A stretch of DNA of 64,000 bases from Nitrospirota bacterium. GTDB lineage: Bacteria; JACPQY01. The position numbers were made by a program, and so were the translations under genes. Under the pieces are notes generated by a model, which had not been told where the DNA came from, did not search any database, and saw nothing but the letters and a program-made list of their open reading frames with translations. Below, one piece after another: positions 37,202-46,719 of this stretch. The stretch lies in the NCBI GenBank assembly GCA_016180645.1, contig JACPAV010000019.1, positions 14,560-78,559 on the forward strand. Reading direction: 5' to 3'. Numbering within the stretch: position 1 is the first letter of the stretch; every line of letters begins with the position of its first letter.

Positions 37202-38794
37202 GTGCGGAAGGGTAGGATGGGAACGCCTCGCATGAACGGCTCCAAGCGTCCTCTCCTGCTGTTGATCCTCATCGCCCTCGCGGGCCTGGGTCTGCGGCTG
37301 GCTTTGACCCTGACCTCCCAACGCACCCTGGGCGGCGACGAGGCCGTATTCGGCCTGATGGCCAAACACATTCTCACCCGACACGACTTCCCGATCTATT
37401 GCTGGCGGCTCCAATACTCCTCCGCCCTGGTCTCCTACCTCGGCGCCGCCGCTTTCCAGCTCTTTGGAATGTCAGGCATCGTGCTCAGGCTGACCACGTT
37501 GCCGTGGGCCGTGCTGTCCATTGTGGCCGCGTATTACCTCGGGAGAAAAGGATGGGGCCCCAGGGGGGGAATCCTCGCGGCCCTCTTCGCCTGCGTTCCA
37601 CCCCTCTACGTTTCCAGTCATACGATCCTCCCGGTGGGAGGCTACCCGGAGGTCCAGTGCTTCGGTCCGCTCGTTCTTCTTCTCGCCCTCAGGCTGGCGG
37701 ACGAGCCCCCTGAGGCGAAATCCGCCCTGCTTTGGAGCGCCGGATTCGGATTCCTTTGCGGGTTCACGCTGTGGGCCTCCCATCTTGCCCTTCCCTACGT
37801 CGCCGCCGCAGGCATCTTCCTGATACTCACCCGCCGCCGAATCTTCCGCCCGACGAACGCGGCGGCCATGGTTGCGGCATCGGCCGTCGGCGGCGCACCC
37901 ATCCTGATCTACAACTTGACCCAGCATTTCGGTTCCTTCATGAAATTGGGCGGGATGGCCCTCCACGCCGGGCGAAAAACGCTCGCGGGCGGACCGCCCC
38001 TGGAGGTGATCGGGCGCCAGGCGATCGATCGAATCGAGTCGTTTCCGTCGACCCTGGCGGGACTGTTGGACAATGCCATCTCGGTTCTGGGAGGCGCCAA
38101 TTATGACGGTTCCGCGACTCTGGGCCTGCTCGGAGTTCCCTTGCTCGTCGCCTATTCTTTCCCTCTCTTCTCCATCCTACGAAGACCCGCCGCGCGTCCC
38201 GCCGGCCCCGCCGGCCGCGTCCCGTTGCTCCTGATCCTTGTGGCGGCAACCACCCTGGCCTACTACCTGGCCGTCGATCTCTGGAGGGCGCGGCACATCA
38301 TGCCGCTTTACACCGCCCTGAGTCTTCTCCTGGCCGGCGCGGCCGCCGAATCCTGGCGGCGCGGGAAAAAAGGTCCCACGCTCCTCTGCTCCCTCCTTCT
38401 GACGGTGAATCTCGTGGAGAACGGAATGGACATGCGAACTCTTCACGAGGATTTTGATCCCTTGCTCCGGCGGCTGGAAGAGAGGAGGATCGAGTACGCG
38501 TATTCGGACTACATGACGGCTTATCCCCTCATCTTTTATTCGAACGAGCGGATTCTGGTTTCTCCCACCCTCCGGGGCGGCGACTTCAACGATCGGAAAC
38601 CGGAGTACACCCTCCAAGTCCGCTCGGCGCCGGGGGCCGCCTACATCTTCAACGGCGAGAAGGACACCGGCCGCTTCGAGGCCACACTGCGTGGAATGAA
38701 CGAAACCTACCTCAAGGAAATCGTTCCACCGTTCATCCTGTACCACGGGTTTTCCAGAAACATCCTGCCCGAGGAGATCGGCCTGACCTTCTGA
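37202..38794 (+). CDS. GT-C fold membrane glycosyltransferase (GT39/GT83, ArnT/PMT-like)
   Basis: N-terminal TM followed by GGDEAVFGLMAKHIL (the DE/acidic loop-1 motif typical of ArnT/PMT_2 enzymes), many TM segments, and a C-terminal soluble domain. An alternative ATG lies at 37217. Confidence 0.72.
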   Translation: MRKGRMGTPRMNGSKRPLLLLILIALAGLGLRLALTLTSQRTLGGDEAVFGLMAKHILTRHDFPIYCWRLQYSSALVSYLGAAAFQLFGMSGIVLRLTTLPWAVLSIVAAYYLGRKGWGPRGGILAALFACVPPLYVSSHTILPVGGYPEVQCFGPLVLLLALRLADEPPEAKSALLWSAGFGFLCGFTLWASHLALPYVAAAGIFLILTRRRIFRPTNAAAMVAASAVGGAPILIYNLTQHFGSFMKLGGMALHAGRKTLAGGPPLEVIGRQAIDRIESFPSTLAGLLDNAISVLGGANYDGSATLGLLGVPLLVAYSFPLFSILRRPAARPAGPAGRVPLLLILVAATTLAYYLAVDLWRARHIMPLYTALSLLLAGAAAESWRRGKKGPTLLCSLLLTVNLVENGMDMRTLHEDFDPLLRRLEERRIEYAYSDYMTAYPLIFYSNERILVSPTLRGGDFNDRKPEYTLQVRSAPGAAYIFNGEKDTGRFEATLRGMNETYLKEIVPPFILYHGFSRNILPEEIGLTF

Positions 38795-39699
38795 TGCCGG
38801 AAGAGAAACCGGGCCGGGGTTCAGTCGATCCCGCCTCCTCCATGATGCCGCCCTGTCCCCTGTGCGGGCGCGCCGGGCCGTTCCCCACGTTCGACAGTCA
38901 CCCGCCGCGCGCTGCGAATCCATGCGTCTACCTCCGGTGCCCATCCTGTGATCTCATCTTCCTGAGCCGGCCCCCGCTCCTGGAAGAAGTGCGCGTCTAC
39001 TACGACCGCGTCAGCCGCGATCAGGAAGCGAATGTCGAGTTCCATGGGAAAGCGCTCCGGACGGGGCACGGGCTCCTGGAGCGCATTGAATCCAGGATTC
39101 CAAAAGGGAGGTTCCTGGACGTGGGCGCGGGACCGGGATACTACGTCGAAGCGGCCGCGCAGAGGGGCTGGGAGGCCTACGGCGTCGATCCGATCGCCGA
39201 TGATCAAGCCGGCGTGCCGGGCCTGCGCATGTTTCGCGGCACCTTGGAGGAGGCCGGCTATCCCGAAGGGTTCTTCGATGCGTGTCTGATCCAGCAGGCC
39301 CTCAGTCACATGTCCGCGCCGACAGCCACGCTCAAGCAGATTTTCCGGAACCTTCGCCGCGGAGGCATATTTCTGATTGTGGCGCCCAATTTCGTCCGAG
39401 GCTTCCCCCGCCGGCGGCTGACGGATTGGGAAGATCTCACCCGGGCCAAACATCTCTACGTATTCACCCGATCCACCCTTCGACGGATCGTTGAAAATGC
39501 GGGCTTCCGGACGCTATCCGTCAGCTCCGAGCAACCCATCCTCTCCGGTCGGCCCGTGGACGCCCTCCGAAAAGCCGGCTTGAGCCCCCTGGCCGATTGG
39601 GTTAAACGCTCCTTCCGGGGCCCGGTCCGCGGGCTCCGAACGTTGGCGGGCCGCCTGGTTCCCGGCCCATGCTCGCTGGTCCTGAGCGAGAAGCCCTGA
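38794..39699 (+). CDS. SAM-dependent methyltransferase with N-terminal zinc ribbon (MT-3)
   Basis: PCPLCGRAG...RCPSCDLIFLSRPP ribbon, FLDVGAGPGYYV motif I, CLIQQALSHMSAP. Confidence 0.8.
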   Translation: MPEEKPGRGSVDPASSMMPPCPLCGRAGPFPTFDSHPPRAANPCVYLRCPSCDLIFLSRPPLLEEVRVYYDRVSRDQEANVEFHGKALRTGHGLLERIESRIPKGRFLDVGAGPGYYVEAAAQRGWEAYGVDPIADDQAGVPGLRMFRGTLEEAGYPEGFFDACLIQQALSHMSAPTATLKQIFRNLRRGGIFLIVAPNFVRGFPRRRLTDWEDLTRAKHLYVFTRSTLRRIVENAGFRTLSVSSEQPILSGRPVDALRKAGLSPLADWVKRSFRGPVRGLRTLAGRLVPGPCSLVLSEKP

Positions 39700-39760
39700 T
39701 CCCTCTCCCCCACCCCGCGATCAGGCGCCTCCAAGTTTGAATTCGACGACCCCGTAAGGT

Positions 39761-40756
39761 ATGAAACACCCGATGAAACCTGACCGCGGAGTCAGCGTGA
39801 TCATCACCAGTTGGAACGGCAGGAGTCTTCTCGAACGATACCTCCCCACGGTGATGGATGCCCTCGCCTCCTACTCGGGTCCGTGGGAAGTGATCGTCGT
39901 GGACGACGCGGGTTCGGACGACACGGACACTTGGATCGCGGCCCGGTACCCGAAGATCCGCTTCGAACGACTCTCGGCCAACGTCGGCAATGGTCAGACC
40001 ATGAACCGCGGGGCGGAGATGGCCCGGCACGAAACGCTCTATTTCCTCGACAATGACGTCGCCGTATCCACCGGCTTTCTCGATCCCCTCCTTCGGCATT
40101 TCGAGGACCCCGCCCTGTTCGCCGTGGCCAGCCGATCCATTCCGCGTCCCCCCCAGCCCAAGGGTGAATTCAGCGTGCCGCGGTTCAAGCTCAAGTACGG
40201 CATCTTCTGGTACTACTACGACACCCTCCCGGACGCCGAGACCCGCCCCATTTCGACCCTCTTCGCCACGTTCGCCCACTGCGCCGTCTCGCGGACGAAA
40301 TTCTTCGAATTGGGCGGATTCGATACCCTTTACGGCCGATTCTACCTGGAGGATCTCGACATCTGCTATCGCGCCTGGCGGAAAGGATGGAAGGTCCTCG
40401 CCGATCCGCGCAGCGAAGTCCATCACGAAACCGCGGGCACCATCGGAAAGCTGCTCTCGCGCAAACAGATTGAACGGAAGCTGTGGGGCAATCGCTTCCT
40501 GTTCACGTGGAAAAACGTCCATGCTCCCGCTTTCTGGCTTCAACACCTCGCGCTCCTTCTCCCGGAGGTGGCTCTTCTGCCATTCACGGGCCGCCTCACC
40601 TTCTCGCTCGGATTCATCGACGCCCTCCCCCGCCTCGGAGAGGCCCTCCGGAAGCGGTCCCTGGCCCGCGCGGAGTCGCGTGTCACCGATGCCGACGTGT
40701 TGGCCCACCTCGGCCCCTTCACCGCCGATCGACGGACCCCCCCCCCCTCGGTCTGA
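39761..40756 (+). CDS. Family 2 glycosyltransferase
   Basis: VSVIITSWNGRSLL...EVIVVDDAGSDDT...NVGNGQTMNRGAEMA...LYFLDNDV...FYLEDLDICYRAWRKGWKV. Confidence 0.85.
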   Translation: MKHPMKPDRGVSVIITSWNGRSLLERYLPTVMDALASYSGPWEVIVVDDAGSDDTDTWIAARYPKIRFERLSANVGNGQTMNRGAEMARHETLYFLDNDVAVSTGFLDPLLRHFEDPALFAVASRSIPRPPQPKGEFSVPRFKLKYGIFWYYYDTLPDAETRPISTLFATFAHCAVSRTKFFELGGFDTLYGRFYLEDLDICYRAWRKGWKVLADPRSEVHHETAGTIGKLLSRKQIERKLWGNRFLFTWKNVHAPAFWLQHLALLLPEVALLPFTGRLTFSLGFIDALPRLGEALRKRSLARAESRVTDADVLAHLGPFTADRRTPPPSV

Positions 40757-40762
40757 CCCCTC

Positions 40763-42002
40763 ATGGCCGCCTGTCTCTGCTGCGCCGCGCCCCTCGAACC
40801 GTTCATGTCCTTCGGCCGGATGCCCATCGCGAACGGATTTCTGACTCCCGATCAATTCGCCTCGGAATACTTTTTCGATCTCCAGGTGGGCTTCTGCGAG
40901 GCGTGCGGGATGGTGCAACTCACCGAACGCGTGGATCGAGACAGGATGTTCAATGAATCGTACGCGTTCTACTCCTCGACCTCCTCCCGCATGGCGGCCC
41001 ATTTCGAAGAGCTCGCCGCCGACGTCCGGACGCGTCACCGACGTCCGGACGCGTCACCTCCGCGCCTCCGATCCGTTCGTGGTCGAGATCGGCAGCAATG
41101 ACGGGATCATGCTCCGGCATTTTGCGCTCGCCGGAGTCCGACACTTGGGCATCGAACCCTCGGCCAACGTCGCGAAGGCGGCCATGGACAAGGGCATTCA
41201 TACCGTGTGCCGCTTCTTCGACGAGACACTCGCCCGCGAAATCGTCTCCCAACACGGGCAGGCCGACGCGTTCCTCGGGGCAAACGTCATGTGCCATCTC
41301 CCCTACCTCCACTCCGTGGTCGCCGGCATCAAACTGCTCCTCAAGCCCTCCGGGGTCCTGATCTTCGAGGACCCCTACTTGGGCGACATCGTCGAAAAGA
41401 CCTCCTACGACCAGATCTATGACGAGCACGCCTTCTATTTTTCACTGGCGGCCCTCCGGGCGCTCTTCGACCGTCACGACATGGAAATCGTCGATGTCGC
41501 CCCCCAGGACGTCCACGGGGGGTCCATGCGATATGTCGTCGCTCACAAGGGCGCCCGGGAAGCGTCCGCCGGCGTCCGGAATCAGCTCGCCCAGGAGGAG
41601 CGCCTGGGACTCGGACGCGCGGACACGTTCCGCAAGCTCCGGTCCAGGATCGAAGAGTCGCGAAACAACCTCGTCAAACTGCTCCGCGACCTTCGCAAAC
41701 AAGGAAAAAGAATCGTGGGCTATGGGGCCACGTCCAAGAGCACCACCGTCACAAACTATTGCGGGATCACGCCCGATGTCGTGGAATGCATCAGCGACAC
41801 GACGCCCATCAAGCAGGGCAAGTATTCCCCCGGCGCCCATATCCCGGTCCGGCCCTACCGGGACTTCAGCTCACGCTACCCCGACTACGCGCTCCTCTTC
41901 GCCTGGAACCATTCAGGCGAGATCATGGCCAAAGAAGACGGCTTCAAACGGGCGGGCGGGAAGTGGATCGTCTATGTTCCCGAGGTGAAGATTCTCGGAT
42001 GA
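40763..42002 (+). pseudogene. NDP-hexose C-methyltransferase (TylCIII-like) interrupted by a frameshift from a 19-bp tandem duplication
   Basis: ORF 40763..41101 carries the N-terminal zinc-binding domain (CLCCAAPLEPF...PIANGFL...CEACGMVQL). ORF 40953..42002 carries the MT core (VVEIGSNDG) and the C-methyltransferase C-terminal domain (VGYGATSKSTTVTNYCG...DTTPIKQGKYSPGAHIP). The two frames join exactly at the duplicated GACGTCCGGACGCGTCACC (41021-41039 and 41040-41058). Confidence 0.8.
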
Positions 42003-42093
42003 TTCCCCCTTTTGGCGAAGGATCGGCCCACGGGATGATGAACGATTGCGCCCGGACCCACGGCGCGCTACATTCGGGCTCGGAGCACGGCAC

Positions 42094-42552
42094 ATGATCG
42101 AAGGAGTCGCCGTCAAGGAACTGGTCACGCATGCGGACGAGCGTGGGTTCTTCAGGGAGATGATACGCGTGACGGACGACTTCTTCCGGGAAGGTTTCGG
42201 CCAGTGGAGCGTTTCCCAGATGCATACCGGAGTGATCAAGGCGTGGCACATTCATCGGAAACAAGTGGACTGGTGGTACGTGGGCGCGGGCGTCCTCAAG
42301 GTCGCCCTCCACGATCGCCGGGAGTCATCCCCCACCCACGGCCGCACGATGGAACTCCTGATGGGCGACGGTCATCCGCCCCGCGTCGTGCGCATCCCCC
42401 CGGGCGTCGCTCACGGCTGCAAGTGCATCGGCGGTCCGGCGCTCCTCTACTACATTACCTCCAGAGCCTATGATCCCGCGGATGAAGGGCGGATTCCCCA
42501 CGACGATCCTTCCATCGGATACGATTGGCTGAAAGGCCCGGCCATCAAGTAG
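42094..42552 (+). CDS. dTDP-4-dehydrorhamnose 3,5-epimerase-like cupin (RmlC family)
   Basis: HADERGFFREM...QWSVSQMHTGVIKAWHIHRKQVDWWYV...IPPGVAHGC...YDPADEGRIPHDDPSIGYDW. Start trimmed to ATG 42094. Confidence 0.8.
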   Translation: MIEGVAVKELVTHADERGFFREMIRVTDDFFREGFGQWSVSQMHTGVIKAWHIHRKQVDWWYVGAGVLKVALHDRRESSPTHGRTMELLMGDGHPPRVVRIPPGVAHGCKCIGGPALLYYITSRAYDPADEGRIPHDDPSIGYDWLKGPAIK

Positions 42553-42568
42553 CCGACACCCGCGGTCG

Positions 42569-43579
42569 ATGACGTCGCCGGCGCCCTCCCTCCCTCCCGA
42601 TACCTCCGCCTTCTTCACCGGCAAACGTATTCTGATTACCGGCGGCCGGGGTTACATCGCCACCCGCCTCCTGCGGCAGCTCCGGCAGGTCGAGTGCCGC
42701 ATTCTCCGCCTGGCCCGGCGGGACGGCGAACCGCCCGAGACGGCCTCCCCCTCCGGCGCCGCCACCGTCGTGGACCTCCCGGGCGACGTCCGCGAACCGT
42801 CCATTTGGATGAAAGCCCTGGAGGACGTCGAAATCATCTTCCACCTCGCGGCCCAAACGAGTACCTACGTGGCGAACGAAAATCCGGAGGCCGACCACGA
42901 GGCGAACGTGGCCCCCATGCTTCGTCTCCTTGAGTCCTGCCGCCGGAGCCGCCTTGCCCCCGTCATCATCTTCTCCGGAACCGTGACGGCGGTCGGGATC
43001 CCCCAAACCTTGCCGGTCGACGAAACACACGCGGATCATCCCATTACCGTGTATGATCTGCACAAGCTCATGGCGGAATCGTACCTCAAATACTACTCGG
43101 AACAGGGGATCGCCCGAGGCGTGATCCTGCGGCTCTCGAACGTCTACGGCCCCGGTCCCCGCAGCAGCAAGCCCGATCGGGGCATCCTCAACTCGATGGT
43201 CCGACGCGCGCTGCAAGGCGAAGCGCTGACCGTTTACGGCGAGGGCAACCTCCTGCGCGACTATGTCTTCGTGGACGACGTGGCTCAGGCCCTCCTCCGG
43301 GCCGCGCAGAATGCGGATACACTCGCCGGCCGCCATTTCATTGTCAGCAGCGGGACCGGCCACACCCTGACGCAAGCCGCCGACTGCGTGGCTGCCCGCG
43401 TGGCGGCCAAGACCGGCAGAACCGTCCCCGTCCGCCACGTCCCCCCGCCCCATCTTCAATCCCCGATTGAAGCGCGCAACTTCGTAGGCAACCCCAAACG
43501 TTTCTCCGATGCCACCGGCTGGGCGCCCGTCACCTCGCTGCCGAACGGCATCGATCACACCATCGAGGCCGCCTTGTGA
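42569..43579 (+). CDS. NAD-dependent epimerase/dehydratase (extended SDR)
   Basis: ILITGGRGYIATRL Rossmann motif and YDLHK (YxxxK). Confidence 0.83.
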   Translation: MTSPAPSLPPDTSAFFTGKRILITGGRGYIATRLLRQLRQVECRILRLARRDGEPPETASPSGAATVVDLPGDVREPSIWMKALEDVEIIFHLAAQTSTYVANENPEADHEANVAPMLRLLESCRRSRLAPVIIFSGTVTAVGIPQTLPVDETHADHPITVYDLHKLMAESYLKYYSEQGIARGVILRLSNVYGPGPRSSKPDRGILNSMVRRALQGEALTVYGEGNLLRDYVFVDDVAQALLRAAQNADTLAGRHFIVSSGTGHTLTQAADCVAARVAAKTGRTVPVRHVPPPHLQSPIEARNFVGNPKRFSDATGWAPVTSLPNGIDHTIEAAL

Positions 43580-44637
43580 AATCCCGCCCTCGCCCACGCC
43601 GGCGTACCGGCCATGGCCCGGCGCGGAAGCGCGCGCCGACACGACGCGTGGCAAGCACCCGCCCGTCGGCCTCCGTCAACGTCCTCGTCATCGGAGGGGC
43701 GGGCTTCGTGGGCGCGAACATGGTTCGCCGATGCCTCGCGGAACCCGGAAGCCGCGTCACCGTCATGGACTCCCTCGACCCTCACCTCCACGCGACCACG
43801 AACAACCTCCAAAGCGTATGGAGCCGGATCAGGTTCGTCCGCGGCGATCTGCGGGACGAAAGCCTGCTCGCGGAATTGGTGCAAGGCCAGGACGTCATCT
43901 TCAACTGCGCCGCCCAGACCTCCCATCCCCTGTCGATCCAGTACCCCCTGCTCGATGCCGACATCAACTGCCTGGGGAATCTGAAGCTCCTCGAAACCGT
44001 CCGCCACCTGAACCGAAAGGCGGTCGTGGTGTACACATCGAGCAGCACGGTCGTCGGAAAAAGTCGCCGCGCCATGATCGACGAGGACCATCCGGAGAGG
44101 CCGCTGGAAATCTATTCCGCCAACAAGAGCGCCGCCGAGAAGTACTACCGGATCTACAACACCCTTCACGATCTGAAAACCGTCGTCCCCCGCTTCGCGA
44201 ACCTCTATGGCCCCTTCGGCAAGGGATATCCCGAGTTCGGGTTCATCAACTACTTCATCCACCTTGCCCGGACCGGAAAAGAGATCACCCTCTACGGCGC
44301 GGGCAACCAGGTTCGAAACGTCATGTACGTGGAAGACGCCACCGACCTCCTCTGGACGGCCTGGCAGCAACCTCGCGTCTTCGGCCACCTCTTCTTCGCC
44401 ACCGGCGACGAGCATCTGTCCGTCGCCGACATCGCAAGGACCATTGTCCGGGTGTTCCGCAAGGGGAAGGTCGTCCACATCGCCTGGCCCGATGAGCGCA
44501 AGCGCATCGAAATCGACAGCGCCAAGTTCTCGTCCGGCAAAATTCGCGCCCTCACCGGGTGGAAACCTCGTTACACCTTGGCCCAGGGTCTCGAACGCAC
44601 TCTCGCCGAAATCCAGCCGTCCCCGGCCGGGAAATGA
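43576..44637 (+). CDS. NAD-dependent epimerase/dehydratase (extended SDR)
   Basis: VLVIGGAGFVGANMV and YSANK (YxxxK). The N-terminal ~30 residues are basic, so the true start may lie slightly downstream. Confidence 0.83.
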   Translation: MKSRPRPRRRTGHGPARKRAPTRRVASTRPSASVNVLVIGGAGFVGANMVRRCLAEPGSRVTVMDSLDPHLHATTNNLQSVWSRIRFVRGDLRDESLLAELVQGQDVIFNCAAQTSHPLSIQYPLLDADINCLGNLKLLETVRHLNRKAVVVYTSSSTVVGKSRRAMIDEDHPERPLEIYSANKSAAEKYYRIYNTLHDLKTVVPRFANLYGPFGKGYPEFGFINYFIHLARTGKEITLYGAGNQVRNVMYVEDATDLLWTAWQQPRVFGHLFFATGDEHLSVADIARTIVRVFRKGKVVHIAWPDERKRIEIDSAKFSSGKIRALTGWKPRYTLAQGLERTLAEIQPSPAGK

Positions 44638-45614
44638 GAATCGTTGTCACGGGCGCCCTCGGCCATATCGGATCGCGCCTGATCCGCGAACTCCCCGCGG
44701 CGGTCCCGGGGGCCGACATGGTCATGCTGGACGACCTGTCCACTCAGCGTCACGCCTCCCTCTTCCACCTCCCCGCGGGGAGCTACCGCTTCATCGAGGG
44801 GGACGTGCTCACCTTCGACCTGGATTCGTTGCTTGCCGGGGCGGAGGTGGTCGTCCACCTCGCCGCCGTGACCGACGCCGCCACCAGCTTCCACCACGCG
44901 GATCGTGTCCGCGAAGTGAATCTCGTCGGAACGGAGAAAGTGGCCCGCGCCTGCCTTCAACAAAGATGCCGCATGATCTTCCCGTCCACCACGAGCGTGT
45001 ACGGCTCCCAGGCCGCCACCGTCGATGAAGATTGTCCGGAACCGGATCTGAAACCCCAAAGCCCCTACGCCGAGTCCAAGCTGGAGGCCGAGCGTCTCCT
45101 GACCCGAATGTCCGCGCAGGAAGGGCTCCACAGCGTCATCCTGCGATTCGGAACGATCTTCGGAACGTCCCCCGGAATGCGCTTCCATACCGCCATCAAC
45201 AAGTTCTGCTGGCAGGCCGTACACGGGCAGCCCCTCTCCGTCTGGCGTACGGCCCTCCACCAGCGCCGACCGTACCTGGACCTCGGGGACGCCGTCTCGG
45301 CCATCCGGCACGTCATCGACAAGGGTCTGTTCGACGGACGGATCTACAACGTCGTCACCTCCAACCTCACCGTGGAGGAGGTCATTCACACCCTGTCCAG
45401 GTTCATCCCCGGCGTCCGGATCGAATACGTGGATGCGCCGATCATGAATCAACTCTCCTACACCGTCGCCGGCGAGCGCTTCGCCTCGACCGGATTCGCC
45501 TACCACGGGAACGTGGAAGCCGGCATCCGGGAGACCCTCCAGTGGTTGAAGCAGGCCCAGTCCGCTCGCGGGGAGATCGGCGCCTCGCCGGTCGATTCTA
45601 TCCCGCGCCGCTGA
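44634..45614 (+). CDS. NAD-dependent epimerase/dehydratase (extended SDR)
   Basis: MRIVVTGALGHIGSRL and YAESK (YxxxK). The ATG at 44634 overlaps the upstream stop (ATGA). Confidence 0.83.
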   Translation: MRIVVTGALGHIGSRLIRELPAAVPGADMVMLDDLSTQRHASLFHLPAGSYRFIEGDVLTFDLDSLLAGAEVVVHLAAVTDAATSFHHADRVREVNLVGTEKVARACLQQRCRMIFPSTTSVYGSQAATVDEDCPEPDLKPQSPYAESKLEAERLLTRMSAQEGLHSVILRFGTIFGTSPGMRFHTAINKFCWQAVHGQPLSVWRTALHQRRPYLDLGDAVSAIRHVIDKGLFDGRIYNVVTSNLTVEEVIHTLSRFIPGVRIEYVDAPIMNQLSYTVAGERFASTGFAYHGNVEAGIRETLQWLKQAQSARGEIGASPVDSIPRR

Positions 45615-46617
45615 ACTCGGAACTCTCCAGCTCCTCCGAGGCCCTTTCGTAGTTTCTCAGGGACGATCGCAGTCGCTCGTCCCCCCTCACCCAGGCGATG
45701 CAGCGGATCCCGGCTCGACGGAGGGGCAGTTCCAACCGGGTGGTGCGTTTCACCATCCCGAACCAGGCCGGATGATGCTTCTGCACATACCGAAGGCGGC
45801 TCCGATAATTTTCCACGAGGGGGAGGACGTCGCCGGAAGGCCGGGACTTGGCCCAGTGATGGATGATGCTGGGGGCCGGGATGTAGTACGCAACCCTTCC
45901 CCGCCGGGCCAGCCGGAGGCAGAGATCGACGTCTTCAAAATACATGAAAAACCGCTCGTCGAATCCCCCGATCGTCGAAAAATCGCCCCGTCTCATGAAG
46001 ACACAGTTCCCGCCGCCCCACGCCACGGGATGTTCGGATGCATGCCAACGAACCGTGCGCCCGAACACGATCTGTTTGAAGAACGCGGATCGATAGACCG
46101 CAAAGCGCAGCGTGGACCAACCGAGCCATTCGAGAAGGAAACCCGCGGGCGACGGAAACCTCCTGTTGACGGACGGCTGCAACGTGCGATCCCCGTTCAG
46201 GATCCGGCAAAACACCGCTCCCGTCTCCGAGTGGGACTGCATGTGTCCCACCAGTCGCGGAAAGGGGTCCTCAATCAGCTCACAATCGCTGTTCAGGAAC
46301 AGCAGGTACTCCGCTCCGCTGAGCGCCGCGCCCCGATTGTTGGCTGCCCCAAAACCGAGGTTGTGAGGAAGGGTCAGCACGCGCACCCGCGGCTCTTGGA
46401 ATCGCTCCAGAAGCGCTTCCCGCGAACCGTCCGTAGACGCGTTGTCCACAATGATCACGTCCGCGCACCCCCCCTGATCGAAGGCCAGAAGGGACTCCAC
46501 GCAACGGACGATCCAGTGCCCGCCGTTGCAGTTGACGAGGACGACGCTGCACGAGGGCCTCCGTGTGGCCGCCGCGCGAGTCCGAAGAAGCCCGGCCTTG
46601 TTCCGCATGCCCTCCAT
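45598..46617 (-). CDS. Family 2 glycosyltransferase
   Basis: CSVVLVNCNGGHWI...DVIIVDNASTDGS...NLGFGAANNRGA...LLFLNSDC...FMYFEDVDLCLRLARRG. Only the 3' third of the 853-aa track ORF is the real gene. Confidence 0.85.
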   Translation of the reverse strand: MEGMRNKAGLLRTRAAATRRPSCSVVLVNCNGGHWIVRCVESLLAFDQGGCADVIIVDNASTDGSREALLERFQEPRVRVLTLPHNLGFGAANNRGAALSGAEYLLFLNSDCELIEDPFPRLVGHMQSHSETGAVFCRILNGDRTLQPSVNRRFPSPAGFLLEWLGWSTLRFAVYRSAFFKQIVFGRTVRWHASEHPVAWGGGNCVFMRRGDFSTIGGFDERFFMYFEDVDLCLRLARRGRVAYYIPAPSIIHHWAKSRPSGDVLPLVENYRSRLRYVQKHHPAWFGMVKRTTRLELPLRRAGIRCIAWVRGDERLRSSLRNYERASEELESSEFSGAG

Positions 46618-46719
46618 CCTAACCTTCCCCCGCCCAAGGGGGAAGGGAGAACCGGACTTTCGCCTCTCCCATCCCCGTGGGACTGGCCCGGAGGTCCGAA
46701 TACCGCTAAGATACGACGA

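Noticed and set aside
39602-43654. Minus-strand ORFs 39602..41038 and 42545..43654
   Set aside because: They are antisense to the GT2, C-methyltransferase and first SDR. Low-complexity G/R/E-rich sequence.
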